Positions 26,971 to 41,460 are shown, counted from the first letter of the stretch. The stretch is DNA of 41,764 bases from Amoeboaphelidium protococcarum X5 (GCA_023515725.1 JALDTO010000135.1:188648-230411), one strand, 5' to 3'. The notes: a model not told the origin generated them from the sequence alone. Made by a program: numbers and translations.

Positions 26971-28101
26971 CGTGTGGAGCGCCAAAATTTTCAAAGACAA
27001 AGTGATCGGAAGAGAATGATGATTTCGTTAAATAGAGTGATGATTAGTAGCAAGAATACTGCTTTATAAAAGTATACACTATTGGTCATATATCCATTAT
27101 AGTATGGGTTATTTCATAAGCGCCAATCAATATTAAGCACCAAAATAGTATCACTGTGCAACTTCTTTAACAATTTATCAAATGACTACATTTTCCCCCA
27201 ATGTGACGACGTGTAGCAACACTCTCATCAAAATAAAAGACATTTTCAAGCCACTGATCAAAATGCCCAAGCAGGTCCGTTTCAGCGATACTGTTTCTGA
27301 ACATCTGATTGAATAACGCGTAATCTCTCGCGCCATCTCCTCTAATCTTGTTTCAACACATAGCAAGATGATGAACATTGAGAATTCTTATTTAAAGAAA
27401 CAGGTTGAGAGCTTGGAATTACTGGTCAAAAGTTTGCAAGGGTAGGCTATGGCCACCCAGAAGATGACATATGAATAAGTAATGGCTTTACAAAGCCAGC
27501 TGGAAAGTAGCAAGGCGTATATTGCCCATCTGGAGCATAAGGTGGCCTCTCAAGAAGAAGAGAAGGGCGTACAGAGTCCTGCTACTGAAAGTACGGGCCA
27601 CATGAGCCTCGATAGTAAATGATTTATGAATAATTAACTTCATTTATCAATTTAATCTTGCTTTTATTTCTTTCTCTTTTGATTCTGTTTACATCACCTT
27701 TTAACGCGACTCCATCGTAAAGTGAAATTGTCAGCCTCTGATAGAGACGATGTGGTGAACATAAGTCGTTAGATTAAGGGGCTTAATTAAGTTTGATCTA
27801 TTTATTTCTTTGTATGTCGTTCAAGATCATCCTTTCTGAAAAGTGATCAATAATATCAAATATATATCAGTTGTCACTTACTCTATCTCACCTTATATTC
27901 GACATACATTATAGACGCGACCGAAACTGCATCCCATCCTCTCAAACATTTCACGCCAAATCTCGTGTTTATGGCTTTACGGATTGAAATAAGAACTGAA
28001 GCGAATATATAGTTCAATCACAATATTAATGTTCGATTGAAATAAATATGTTATCCACAAGTTATATTTTCTAACTACGAGCTCAGTCACATCGAGTTTA
28101 A
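26952..28101 (+). repeat. Probable donor copy of the segmental duplication
   Basis: Matches 19101-20014 and contains extra sequence at about 27655-27720 and 27750-27912. Confidence 0.9.
27182..27622 (+). CDS. Hypothetical 146-aa coiled-coil protein, copy 2
   Basis: Same ORF as 19331-19771; differs at VASVEDEK versus VASQEEEK. Confidence 0.7.
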
Positions 28102-29564
28102 TGATAGTAAGCCTTCCATAGTTCAGCATCATTAGAGTTGACAAACTCAACATAGACTATCCCCATTGCACAGTGAAACTTGAACATACTCTAGTCCAAT
28201 GATATGTGGTCAATCTATAATACTACATTAGTTGAATGAGCTTTATATGACGTATTTGAATGTGATAATTACCTTTCTTTGACGCGACTGATTTACCATC
28301 AGCCGTCATTGATTTGCTAGACCACATCAGATAATTATTCATCAAATTGAATGTGATATACTTGGTCTTGTACTTGTTACGCGCAAGGAACTTTCTTTAG
28401 AATTAAGTACGCAGGTACACTTTAAATTCGCTTTGAATGTCTTTCTAAAGCTAGGAGAAGTCTTATTCATAACCAGACACAGACTATGGTCTATCCATCA
28501 GGCTGTCAGTAGATGATGAAGGATCAGCATTTAGCTCGATCGGCATTTTATGCATTTAGGCACGCTCAATGTGTAATTAAGACAGCTCCTTTTCCAGTTC
28601 ATTAATTCGTTAAAGCAAATGTACAGAGTTATTGAGATTATCACCATCTGCATCAGTCTGAGTTAACCGATTCATCCTCTAGACTCTATCCAAGCTGTGA
28701 CCGTCAGCATAAGCGCCAGAGTCAACATTACCATGGCGGGGCTTTTATAAATTACCACCTTATCCATCAAATACTCTTTCACGACCAAGTTTTGTATTTA
28801 TAGCAAGCAATCTATAAACTTCCTCCTGCAGATCTTGAACTTGCTCTTCCAATAGCTTCTTTTCTTTTTGCAACTTTTGCCGCTGAGACTGTTCACTCTT
28901 TAACAGAGACTTTTACTCATACAAACTTGTTTCAACTTCTAATATATGGTCTACACAATTTATATGATACTTGATAATAGAGCAATGATTGTAAAATACC
29001 TTCAAGAGCTTTAATCTTTTCAGTGTACTATGAAACTTGTGATAACCGATTCTGATTATCGATGAGATCATCAACGATTTCCAGCTAGTCTTGATCATTC
29101 TCCGCCTGACGAAGAGCCCATTATAGTAATTAGCTTGATCTGATCTCCTTATCCTTTTACTTATGATTAACATCCCCTTTAATACCATAATTAGATGCAG
29201 ACTACCGCTTAAGAGTTGATGGAGTGGAGCATTTCGAAATGAAGCCAAACTTTGAATCCGAATTCCTCTTGGATGGCGATTGTGCTGAAAATACCTCTAC
29301 AGCTTTTCCGACTTCTCTACTATTCTTCATATCTTTATTAATAGTGGAATCAAAATTATCATCACTCAATCCATCATTATCGTCATCAGGAAACTGATTG
29401 AGATACGATTCAATGTCATTGATATCAGTGACTGCCGAATGGAAATCATCATCGTTATAGATTGAAGTATCATGACCAGCTGTTAAATTAAAGTTACCCA
29501 AACTATTTCTATCCTTAACCTATTACGGCGCCTATAGCTATTGCTTATCAGAGAGGCCAAGCAT
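28083..29564 (-). CDS. Coiled-coil protein with C-terminal PH-like domain
   Basis: The frame is restored by GT-AG introns at 28951-28999 and 28223-28272. Central heptads; C-terminal KTKYITFN...YLMWS...DAELWKAY pattern. Confidence 0.6.
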
Positions 29565-29807
29565 AATAATTCAAAGTAATCCAAGGACTTTAATATTGTA
29601 ATAAGAATTATATGAAGATTGAAGTTCAAGTAAGAGCAAAGGAGGACTATCGCTGTAAGAGAGCAAATGGTGATGAAACAAGAAGGGAACGCGAACGGTC
29701 CGTGAAAGTTTTATGAATGACGCTCTCAATACGATCACCTTTGGTTCAACAAAAAGTAATTCTGATTCAGAAAGTAAGATTTTGTAATGGAAAATTACAA
29801 TTAGCAT

Positions 29808-30866
29808 TCATTCGTCAGCAGATGATTACACAATAACGTTTTGCAAGTCGTCAAGATGGTGATCTCCACTATGATTACCATTATCATCATTACTACAACT
29901 TTATCGCGAAGCATATACCGCCTCTCTAATTCCAACCCAAGTGGCACTGAGGAACGAGATTGGCAGAAATACTGGAATCATCCATCCAGGTCGGCTATAA
30001 AAATCAAACGCCCACATATTGTAACAGATCATGCACTGACCAATAGACGATATGTTTAGCGATATTGCAGCCAAGTAGAATAACCACAGAGAGCAATTTT
30101 TAATCCAGCTCCGCTTCTGCAAATGCACAATATTTATCACTTCAATAGTCTCTGTCGAAGTTTCAGCCTCTGTAGTCTAACTCACGACATTCAACTCTTG
30201 AGGATCAGTGACTTGTTAGTCTTTAGGTGATTCCACGTTATCAATCGGTTAATCTATTCCATTGCGGCTCAAAGTAGGCGGAGTGACAGTTATAGTGATA
30301 GAGTCTACAGACTAACCGCCTTGCTATTTTCGTTGAAGAGTATTTTCGTGATTCAGATCTCCGCTCAAAGATGCTTGATTAGGCCGCTAAGATCTGTTTT
30401 TCTTTACCAAGAATGCCGGATACTTGCGGCCAATGTTCTACTTGAGATTGTCAAACTTCTACTGCAATTTAATACGCTCACTGCTCAACTTTTATCGAGC
30501 CCACAAGCTGCTCAATCGTGTCTGCATCGAAAGTCCACGGATGGTGTAGAAGAGCATAGCGAATCGCTTCGGCGAATCCACAATCATTGCCAGAGTGAAG
30601 ATTACAGTCAGGATCTGACAGTTGATCTCATAAAACTAGTTCTAGTACTAGATAGATGGATATGTTACGGCACCCACTAGGATGAGAAATACAATCGCGC
30701 CAGAGACAACAACTGCGGCCAAGAGAAGTAGCACTGCAGAATTGACCCAGATGTTTGAAGTGAACCATCTCGTAAATAACAGCCAACATTTTTTAAATTT
30801 TTCTCCAAATATTTAGCTAGTACACATTTAATCAGCACTAAGCTCTGAGCCAGCTTCAAACGTCAT
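29808..30866 (-). CDS. Multi-pass membrane protein, DUF2985-like
   Basis: VVVSGAIVFLILVG...YEINCQILTVIFTL...PKRF and NMWAFDFYSRPGW..VFLPISFL. Confidence 0.7.
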
Positions 30867-31309
30867 TCGAATATATTTGATTAATCAGCGGAAACTTGTA
30901 ATTCGAATATTATCAATCAAAAGAGGTGCTACAACCTAAGAAATCAATCCAGTCAGACTTTGAGACAAAGGGGCAATGTGTGTCTGTGTGTTTTCCCCTA
31001 CAAGATTCTAAAAAGCCTCCTTTAAAAAGATCTAATGAGGCGGTCCGAAAACAGAAACTAATTTTGATCAGAGAAAATTCCTGAAACACAGACCATGTGA
31101 GTTTTGATTGCCAAGCTGTTGTTCTCTCTGTGCGACCGTTGAGGCTCTCGGTGGTAGTCAAGGAAACGAACTCCCCTCCCCCTTGAAATGGCCGGCTGTT
31201 GAATTTGACATATGGATGGAATTAGCATAGTGATAAAAGTATAGACATTTCCCTGTTAGATAGAAGAAAAGTTTACATTTCAACTCAAATGATTAAATAG
31301 TACGTTCAT

Positions 31310-33287
31310 TCAGCGACTTGGTCTCCTAAAGTTCCAGCTTGAAGGGAAACGGCCATACTTGATGTACTGAGTCGCGCGCTCAATGGCGATATCCTTGCTC
31401 ATCAACGTCTTGATTTTCTAATCTTACTACCATGTCACGTACGGCTCGGATTCTAATGTAAATATTCTCATTGCAGATAACGGGACAGTTCCCCAAGAGG
31501 CGTCTTCGAAATAACGAACCACCACATCGAGATTGCTAGGCTTGATCCACGCAGGAGCTTTGTCGGCCGGAATAATGACACCTGGCCACCAATATTTATA
31601 TACTGGATCCCCAGCAGGGTCCACAAACACACAAAGATACTCATGATTGTCTAGAGATGGACGATCGCCGCCAATTTTTGGTTTCTTGACAACAGAAGAT
31701 TCCACCATAAGCTATTCCTCCACATATGGTTGAGGAGTTTAATTCTACTATGGATTGGTCGAAGGGTGGCGGTAAGGCCAAGGTAATTCGTACAATTTGT
31801 AGTGTCTTGCGCACCTGGAGCACAGAAGTTCACTTGGAACGTACGCCCAATTCTTATACTTGGAAGATTACTACGAATGCTTCTCGTACCAAAACTATTC
31901 TAGCTAACGTTAAATATGAGGAGGCGCCAGCTCCGCAGTGAACTCGCACTTAATACATATATTAAGAGGATGATCATCAATACTTTTTGTACCAGCTGCA
32001 CCGACGTTCGCATCCTGTCCTTATTTCGACTTGAAGCTCAATGATTTACGGACATCTTCACCATTAAAGATTTCGTTAAATGATCGCTAAATATTCATCT
32101 TTTTCAACTGAGCAGGAGATTTGTATCGGAGACTCTTAGTGCACTCATAATCATTCACCTGGAACATGTACTCTTTAGGAACTTCACTATCATTGTCACA
32201 TGTTGCACGAGCAGAGCTATCATCAATAGACTCGAGAGACGCCTGACTAGCGGAGGAGCCACGTCGAGATGTTGTAAGCGCAGGCGCAAGAAGGAATCGA
32301 TAAGCACCCTGCTAACGCTTTTCGCAGCTGTAACACATGCATAGCGAATTGTTATTACCAAAGTAAGATTTAGAATATGAAGTCAGAATCTCGTCGCCAA
32401 CTTTAATATCCCTGATAATTTTGAATGTTATGGCGCTCTAACCGAGTGCAGTAAACTCAACGTTCGGTCGACAGTCATGGTTCACCAGCCTGGCAGGACC
32501 GAGCAAAAGAGAAGCACATTTCTTCCTGGCAACATGAATAACACTAAAATCTTTATCTCCTATTTTGAGTTCATCCTCTTCCGTGAGAGGGGATATATAT
32601 CCAGTGGCACATTCCATAGTTTCGCCCACTCTCCAAGGTCGACTGGCAATCACTGCAGCCTACTTATCATGACCATATTTCGTGGTGGAGACAATATCAT
32701 ATCCAGCCTTGACATGATACATTGACAGGTACCTCTTACAATGTCTACACAAGTACAAATCAATATCATATGCGTTAGAGATACAGAAGGTATATATTAC
32801 TCTTTGAACCACAACTTCTGCTCCTCTGTCTTATTTCTAAATATAAGAGATCCCCACTTTGTTTAATCACTACCTAAAGAATTATCAACTAGTTATATAT
32901 AAGGCAATTGAGATACGAATATGGACTTACAATTGAGATTTCAACGAGTCTGCAGCCGTTTCAAAATCACCATTGACCGCACAACTTCTGATAACTTCCA
33001 CAACTTTATTCAAATCAATCTTCTTGGACACATATCTCTATCGCATCTTTGGCACTCTAGATAAAAATCTCGGTATAATTATGATGGCGCAATAACATCA
33101 AGACAAAACTTACTTAAAGTCCAAATACAGCTAGTCTATCAGAATATCGGTCAGAACATCGTCGTACTCGGATAGCAACGTGAATGGAATATCAATGGAG
33201 TTATTCGCAATCTTTAAAGCCTACACTAAATTATATATACAGCAGAATTAAAAAGCACAGAATATAAGTCAAACTTACAACAGTCAT
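31310..33287 (-). CDS. SET9: Histone H4K20 methyltransferase (Set9/KMT5) with C-terminal PWWP-like domain
   Basis: LSEYDDVLTDILID; DFSV....KKCASLLLGPARLVNHDCRPN; post-SET CMCYSCE; CSRCARHYKLYELPWP; then YWWPGVI...VVRYFED. Several short 5' introns were not precisely mapped. Confidence 0.9.
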
Positions 33288-33364
33288 CGCAACAATATCA
33301 CCACAGTTAGTAACAGAACTGCTGAAGAACGCAGCTCAATGAAACTGAAGAAAGAGAAAAATGC

Positions 33365-33388
33365 GAGAGAGAGAGAGAGAGAGAGAGA
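33365..33388. repeat. (GA)12 microsatellite upstream of Set9
   Basis: Read directly from the sequence. Confidence 0.9.
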
Positions 33389-33611
33389 ACGTCTCTGTAT
33401 CTAAATTTTAAAGCCCTGAAACGACATTCCCTCAAACTTTTCGCGTGTTTTTACTAGGACATCGCGTCAAACGAAGGATCGCAATGGATTAAAAGAACTT
33501 GAAATAACGCAGAGAAAGTGAGAATGGCGTCCAATGGATACACAACGCGTCAGAAATACTAAAAACAAAGTTTAGTTTATAAGAATCTTTTCTATTATCA
33601 ACTTTATGCGT

Positions 33612-35786
33612 TCAATTGATGTTTAATTACTACTTGAGCATGGTGACACCTTTAGTGATAATCTCGCGTTCACTTGCAAACTTGACAATTTCTGCCAATT
33701 CAGTCTTTTGATCTTCAGCCAAATGTGGACATACAGACAACAGTACGAAGAACATTCCGGTTGGCCATTCGCCTTCACACTTGGCCAAAGTGTCTTTCAG
33801 CTTAACAATGAACCCAGAACGCGATAACTCAGAAGACAGAGCTCTACCAAAAGACTCCATCTTTTTAATGCACTTGGTAACAAACTTACATGCCAGATCA
33901 CTGGTCAGTAAGTGCACGCCGTAGTATTTACTTCTCTCCTCAGTCTCCAAGTAAGTTTTACTAACAACAAGTTTTGGGCTGTTAGGATTATCTTCAGTCT
34001 CATCCACTTCGCCCTCAATCTCAATTTCATCCTCTTCCTATTCCTCATCACTGACCTCAGCCTCCAATTCCTAATCTTCTTATACTTCCTCACCTTGATC
34101 ATCCATAATGTCTTCTCCCTCACCAAAATCATCCTCAGAATCAGATTGATCTTCATCAGGATTTGCTGTTTTAGCACTAGCAGAGGTGACATCTGTTATT
34201 GGCCATACAAAGGCATCTTTACTGATCAAATTGGCAATCTAACTTTCCAGTAATGTATACTAAGCACTATCATTTGCCTATAGATACTGCATCAGCTCAA
34301 ACATCAATTATGTGCCAACTAAGCGAAATATGATTTCTTTAAGTAAATCATTATGATCTTGAAGCAGACTAGCAATTACTTTATGCAAGATATTATCAAG
34401 ATTTTCGCGTCTTCTAACCTATGGATCCTTCTTACTTGTAATTTAAACAAATTCAGATCTGGTATCCATGATTTCAATCTATGCTGGACTAAAATACTTG
34501 GTCGAGTTGCCACTCAATAAGTGCAGGATCACTTTCTACATATTCTTACTGCGCAGACAAGCATCCAAGTCATCCATTAACTCACTGACAATGCTCTATC
34601 TCACCAGCACTGTATCGTCAGCGCATGAAAGTATACACGCGATGACCATCCAGCCGTACTCATTCTATGCAACCTGAGACACATACGATTTCATAGCCTT
34701 AACAATCTACTTTCTATCTTTAGCAGTCCCGGCACTACGGATGACCGTCATGGCAATCTACGCACCATGTTTCGTATGAACGATAGATGCCAAATCTTTT
34801 ACAAACTGAGTTCTGAATGGAGCCTGATCATCGCTGTATAACGCCTGGATCTCCGCCAACTCTAAATGTTGCAAATACTCCAACAGCACGCGATGTACAA
34901 GCTCACTAGATCCAATAGCACCATCTTTACCAGCAATCTGTACTAAAGTCTCACGGAACTGCTTCAGAATGGCCACCTTCTTTTCAGGGAACTTGACCAA
35001 AACACAATTTAGGTCAATCTTTTGTACAGTATTACCAGCAGCGGGAAATTGCATGAGCAGCATCGACCTTTTAGTCAACAGGTACTCACTTCCATAAAAC
35101 GCATCAGCCATACACTGTCTCTACTACGAGTTGGCATACACACAGTAGATTGTATCAATGACCACGCTAGAGTACTTGTGTCTCAACAATTTTACAATCT
35201 TGTTACTTGGAACTTATCTCAACGCGTCATTACGTCCACCCTTGCCATTACTGGTATTAGATGATGATGGTGAGGCAAACACAAATTGATCAATAATCAG
35301 ATTTCTCCACTTGGCATCAGGCGCGTATTTCAAAGCTTTGAGGACGATAAAACGCGCATATGCAGTCTAGCTCATCTTTACAAAGTGAGGCAGCAATTCA
35401 GAGATTATACTCTCACGCGCTGACTGTTTCTATGCGCCAGTCTTTCCACAATCGCTGTACTTCAAAAGAGACTATACGATCCTGGATGCATCGTGCTTAA
35501 ATATCAACTCCTCCAAATGACCTTGAACCAGCTTTAGAGTATCAGCTACTAGCGATTGACGCTACTTCTTTGGAATATGCTTAATCCTCAACGATTCCCA
35601 CTTCTTTTTCAGCTACTAAATCAGATCATACAGAGGAGTCTACTACGTTCGCTCTAATCTCAGTTGCTTCTACATGCGGTTAATCGCGGCCTAATCTTGC
35701 AAACCACTCGTCTACTGAAACTCCATAGGATTAGCATCCTGTTCTTGAGACTGTTACTCATCACCAAATTACTTTCGCTTCACCAT
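33612..35786 (-). CDS. PUF6: Pumilio-homology protein Puf6/PUM3
   Basis: KKWESLR, LIFKHDASRIVQSLLKYS, AFYGSEY, IVHTKHGA, TAKDRKQIVKAMK, DDTVLV and TSKKDPQVRRR. Confidence 0.92.
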
Positions 35787-36057
35787 ACTTTCGATACTGC
35801 TTTAGATCCGTTATCGTAATAATAAGATTTAATGGAGATATATAGAGAAGATAAATTTTGATCAATTTGCAGACGGAGAGAGAGAGAAAATTTCAAAGCC
35901 CGTCGTCGCATCTCAGGCCTGTCTGTGAGAGTTTTCGCGCTTTGACTCTCTGCCGTTGCGACATTTCTTGACGTTCTTTCTCTATCAACCCAGTCTTCTC
36001 TCTGTTTTGAGTGAATAATATTAATAATAATAACTTTCGCTGTTTTTCTCATTGTAA

Positions 36058-37968
36058 ATGATGACTTTGTGTCCGTCAGCGGAGAAAAGAGATGATTAAG
36101 CTCTTATGACTTAAGGTGGTAGACGGTAGTAGCGTGGTAAAAGCAAAAAGTTGTCCAGCTAAACACCTTCTGCAGATGTTTAGATTGAACATTCTGTGGC
36201 TGATTAGAACTCTACCAAAGTTGTTGATACTGTATTTTGCAATGACTAAGCACCTATGGCCAATATGAACTCTGGACTACAATCGTAGGATGCTTCAAGA
36301 CATGGTCACAGTCGCAATCAAGTTGACATTCATACTGATGCGACTTTGAGCCACTCGCGCGATTTCAGTCATGGCGTGTAATAGTTATCGCTGTGTATTG
36401 TGAGACATTTTGTCAACTTTTAAGGTCATTTGCGCGCCAAAGTGGATCCGCTCTATATTAATTGGTCGATAAAGACATCTAATGCTGTACGCAGCGGTTC
36501 TGATGGACACTTGAATGCCACCTAATTCGAGTAACACCGATAAGATCTTACTGTTTAAAGGCAGGATCGTAAATAGTCTAAATTGGATCGTATTATGAAG
36601 TAGCACGAGTAAGAAAACTAGATATAAGGTTATCGCGGTGGTGGTGTTAGTAAATCTGGTAGTGGCTGGGATATTCATGAGGCAGATAATACTTAACACT
36701 AGACTGAGGTTATCACTCTTGGTTCTAAACGATTGTCGATAAGGAAGTAGGAGTGGTAGTTGTAAGCAAATGTGAAGGGATGGAATCATCAGCTTGAAGA
36801 TGATGTAGATCCTTCTCTTAATAAAGAGCCACCTGCTCCGGCAAGTAAATAGTCTCCACCAAGTTCGCCTAAACGTAAGTATGAGGCTGCGTCTGGGCAA
36901 CATCAATCCAAGTCACCAAAGATTACAGAAGGTCTATTCAAAGCATCTAATACGTATATGGAGGAGGATATGCTTAATAATGAAGAGTTTCCTCTGCCTG
37001 GTGAGACTAAATAAGTGAAGACGCGATCTGCATCTAAGCGCACCACATCGTCTAGTGGTATTGCGCATTCGTCCACTCCTAAAGAAGTTGCTGTGGTGGC
37101 TCCGTAATTGACACAACTAATGCACGTATCTAACGCGATTCGTATTCATAACAAGTTGTCCATATTTCTTCGTAAATCATCATTAGATCCTATACTATTC
37201 GCGCGCAAGATGGATTTCTAGGCGCCGTGTGATGCAAATGAAAAGACCCGAATTGTATTGGTTAAACTACACAATTCGACTGATCAGATGCTGGGTGCCG
37301 GTGCTATGGAGCATCTACAATAGAAGAAATTGCGAATTGGCAGTCATTTGGATAATCTCGGATGTGATGAAGGTGTCAAGATCATGGAAGCTTATAAGCG
37401 ACTATCTGAACGACTGTATTGGATCTTTGATGGAGAAGTTGTGGTGGCTATCACTTGGTGTCCACCTGAAGATGAGATCAAGATTGTTAACGATAATCTG
37501 AATAGAATTATCAGTAAGATCAAGCATAAACCTCATAAACTAGTCAAAGCTAAGAATACTGCATCAGATCAGGTGGATCCGGAACTATTACCGTCCATCT
37601 TATGCTTTAAGAACATTTTTGAAAGTTCGAATGGCTCATCTACTTCTGCTTCTACACAGGAATTCCGCAATATTAATGATCATAATCCTGTAAGTGACCT
37701 TGGCCGATTCCACCTACACGACTAGATGAGATAGCCTAAGCACTGGAACTATTTTCTATCAGATGCTGAGAATCCTGCATACTTTTTCGCGCCTTTTATG
37801 ACTTAAGAGAATCAATTTGACGCCGGCAAGGGTGATGGTTGTAGCAATGCTGTGGATGGACATATTGATGGTGTCGCAGATCCGCAGTAGTACCATGATG
37901 CTGTCGCTAAAGTGTCTTTAGAAGAAAGGTTTCTCGCTGAGTTGAATATGAAGGATGTCCTCAAATGA
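36058..37968 (+). CDS. Hypothetical protein (about 636 aa) with a low-complexity Q/S/G-rich N-half and a globular-looking C-half
   Basis: Long frame with TAR=Gln ending at TGA 37966-37968; no family recognised. Confidence 0.7.
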
Positions 37969-38113
37969 TCTTTTTGAATCCTTACAGATCCCTTTTTGAT
38001 CTTTTTGGCTATGGTAAATAATCAAACTGAAATATCTTGAAGCAAGCAAGAAGAGTAAATATATTTTTTGAAATTATAAAGTTCTTATTGTATGCTCCCT
38101 CATTAGGTAATTA

Positions 38114-38647
38114 TCACTCTATAGTAGAGTCCAAAACACTCATCAGATGCTCAAACTTATCCAGAGCATTCTTCTAGGACATTCTGTATTATCTGCTAGC
38201 CAGCAGCAGTTCATTCGTAGTATCATAGGCTAATTAATTAAGACTAAGTAGCGATTTTTCATGCTGAGGGTGTATCATCAACTGATACTCAACCATGCGT
38301 TGAAATATGGAGTAAACGCGCTAAATTCTAAACTCAACTTACTGTGCATCATGACTAGATGCAATCTTGATACGCGTCAAAAAGCTTAATAGCAGGCCCT
38401 CAGCTATCCTCTTTTCCTCATCTTGGAAGCTATCAGTCTCTTCCTTCATCATTTCAGTTATCTCGAGCTGACCATCACCCACGTCACTCTGAACAATGCT
38501 TCCATCATCATCATCATCAGATATCTCAATACCATGGGATACGATATTAGATTATAAACGTCGGCGTTCCACATTCATGCATACAATCTGGTTTGCAAAG
38601 ACGCAAATTAAGAGTATAAACAGACTCCAGTTTACACAATTCATCAT
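38114..38647 (-). CDS. Hypothetical secreted protein (177 aa)
   Basis: Signal-peptide-like MMNCVNWSLFILLICVFANQIVC, an acidic stretch and a helical C-terminus. Confidence 0.6.
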
Positions 38648-39096
38648 TATCTAATCTTTTGTATTGTGATCTGATCTGATAAAGACCTTTTACAGAATTT
38701 TCAGTAAGAATGACGAAGAGCTCCCTGAGCGTGAAAATTCAAAGATCAATTGTTGTACGGACGTACATCCGCATGTAATTATTGTTCTGAACGATCACAC
38801 AGTGCATTATCTTCTTCTTTGTTATAATAGTATAAAAGTTCATTAAAAGCCAACATCTTTCGCATGGTAGAGTTGAAACCGTCAGATTCTGTAGCGTGTC
38901 ATAAAATCTTGTTGAAAGCATACATATCAAATTGAGATGCCAAACAATATCGAATTTTTTATATTTTACAACGTCATTGAAGAAGAAATGTTGAACAGTG
39001 CAACGCGTATCAGCTGTATATACCACTATGCAGCTTCAAACATATGCCAGCCTTGGTTAATAACAATGTAGTGAAATGAACCATACATCATCAGCT

Positions 39097-39597
39097 TCAT
39101 AATGGACATGTAAAAGATGGCGGCATTGGTTCTTAACCCATTGAAACTCTGTAGCAAACCACTGTAAAATCTAAACAGATATCCATTTTCGCGTCAAGAT
39201 CCGCTCCATAGCATTCGCTGCATTGATTATAAGTTCTGCGCATGCACATCTCATTAGTAGTCATGTTAGCACCAGGAGGGGCAATTGGCTTAGGCATTGA
39301 GTCACCAAAAGGACGCCTGGGTGTGCCAACTTGACACTCGGCAGACGAGCCCTCGCACCTGAAGCGGTAAGGCCATTCTTCTATGCCTTGAGACGCTCTC
39401 TGACATTGATCCGCGTATGGTTCACACACTTATTACAGCCAATCTAAATCTCCTTTGATGAATTGAGTGCATTCTTGGTAGGTTTCAAGCATACATTCAT
39501 CGTAAAGGCTATTTCCACCAGTGTTGCCAGCCCAACCTGAAATCTGACTTTAACACGATGAAGCTATAACAGCTAAAATTACAATGCTAAAATTCAT
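39097..39597 (-). CDS. Secreted Cys-rich protein, paralog A (166 aa)
   Basis: Signal-peptide-like MNFSIVILAVIASSCQS and 12 further Cys; colinear with 40960-41460. Confidence 0.85.
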
Positions 39598-40959
39598 TTT
39601 AATTGTTATTTGAAATTAAAAATGGGAAATAACGGATTACAGAAATATGAACATGAGTAATCATTATGAGCTCAAGCGAAGCATCTGATATTTCAATTGG
39701 TAGTGTGATAATCGAAAGATCAATTTATTGGTCAAGCATGTGATACACAGCGTACACACACGACCATCACATTACTATTAGTGTCACGATGTAATAAAAT
39801 TCATTATATCATATTGTAGTTACAAGATGTTATAGCCAAAAAGTGTTTAAAAGATAAGCTCCTCGCTGTGTCAGATGTCCTTAAATGTATATCCTGTTTC
39901 CACAAAGTGTCATTCTGACCACCGACGCGATAAAAAATCAGTATCTTGAGTAGCACTCCGCACGGTCCGGTCTACCGGTCTCAAAGTGAAGCCAGCTCCA
40001 TAAATCAATGTTATTATCAGCTTTTAATAGTGTAATCAAGATTTTTAAAAGCTCCCTCATGTTTCATAATCTAATACTCAGCGTGGCGCAAGATCAGCAT
40101 CTACTCGTGTTTAACGACAGAACGAACATATAGTGGCGTCATCCGTTTCAAGTTGATTGAGCTCTTGTTTATCATTTTATTTGTTTCTAAACTCGTATTT
40201 AAATCTTTCGTCGATAACTCATTATTGAACTATGCGAAATTACGGTACTTTATTGCAGTATTTTACGCGTTAAGTCTTAATTAAATGGCAATGCTGAGAT
40301 TTCTATTGGTCTGGTATGATTTGGTCTCCTACCAAAAATGCAGTCTGCGCTGGATCGTGGCGAGTGCTAATCTTGAGTTAAGCCGAGAGATTATGTCATT
40401 CAATGAAATGTAATATCGAATGATTGACTTTGGCGCTCCGCATTCATGTATGCGACCTGGTGTGCAAAGATGAAAATAAGAGTTCAAGCAGACTCAAATT
40501 TACACAATCGGCCATTTATCTTTGTGATCTGATGTGAATTGAAACTTGAGGAGGATTATCAACATGATTGAAGTAGCGCTCCTGAGCGTGGAAATTCTAA
40601 TTGGGGGTCATCTATTATATACCGAGATACTTTTGCGATTTACTAAGGTTCAGACAGACTGCATAACACTTGATCTATTTCATTATCTTCTTTGCTGCAG
40701 TATACAATATATGTAAGTTAAAAACTCAACATCTTTCAGCTGGGGAATGTGAAACTGCTAGACTCTTAAGCACACCATAAAGATTTTGTTGAAAGCATGG
40801 AAAATTGATATATTTGAGAAATTATAACCTTTAGCTACGTCATTCAATATAGTATGGGCAGTTCAAAGATTATCAGCGATGGAAACTAGTATGTACTTTC
40901 ACACAAGTGTCAACGTTAATTTACGTGAAATCAATAATGGGCACCATTCATAGTCAATT

Positions 40960-41460
40960 TCATCTAAGACATGAGAAAGGGGACGGCATAGGCTGTTTCC
41001 CATATGAAACATCCACACAAATTTGGAAATATGGCCAACAATACTGGTCTTTCAACTCGTATTACCCGTCGTAACACGTGTTACATGGGCCGAAGGACCG
41101 GCTCAAGCATACTTCATAATTAGTCATGTTAGCACCAGGAGGGGCAATTGCCTTAGGCCTTGAGTCACCAGAAGGAGGCCTAGGTGTGCCAACTTGACAG
41201 TCGGCAGACGAACCCTCGCACCTGAAACGTTGAGGCCACTGTCCCGAGCCTTGAGAAGCTCTCTGGCACTGGTCAGCGTAAGGTTCACATTATGACACAA
41301 TAGCATTTACATTTCCTCTGTAAAATTGAGCGCATTCTTGGTAGGTTTCAGACATACACTGATTGTAAAGACTACTTTCACCAGTGTTGCTACCCCAACC
41401 TGAACGCTGACCCTAACACGATGAAGCTATAGCAGCCAAAATTACAATGCTTAAGTTCAT
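40960..41460 (-). CDS. Secreted Cys-rich protein, paralog B (166 aa)
   Basis: MNLSIVILAAIASSCQG...; same length and Cys spacing as paralog A. The upstream non-coding DNA is also homologous. Confidence 0.85.

Noticed and set aside
30870-31305. Possible ncRNA or 82-aa ORF between the DUF2985 gene and Set9
   Set aside because: No recognisable snRNA, tRNA or snoRNA motifs and no ATG-led convincing frame. Likely promoter or UTR.
36385-36906. 173-aa hydrophobic minus-strand ORF (similarly 33912-34253 on plus)
   Set aside because: Antisense to low-complexity regions of real genes.
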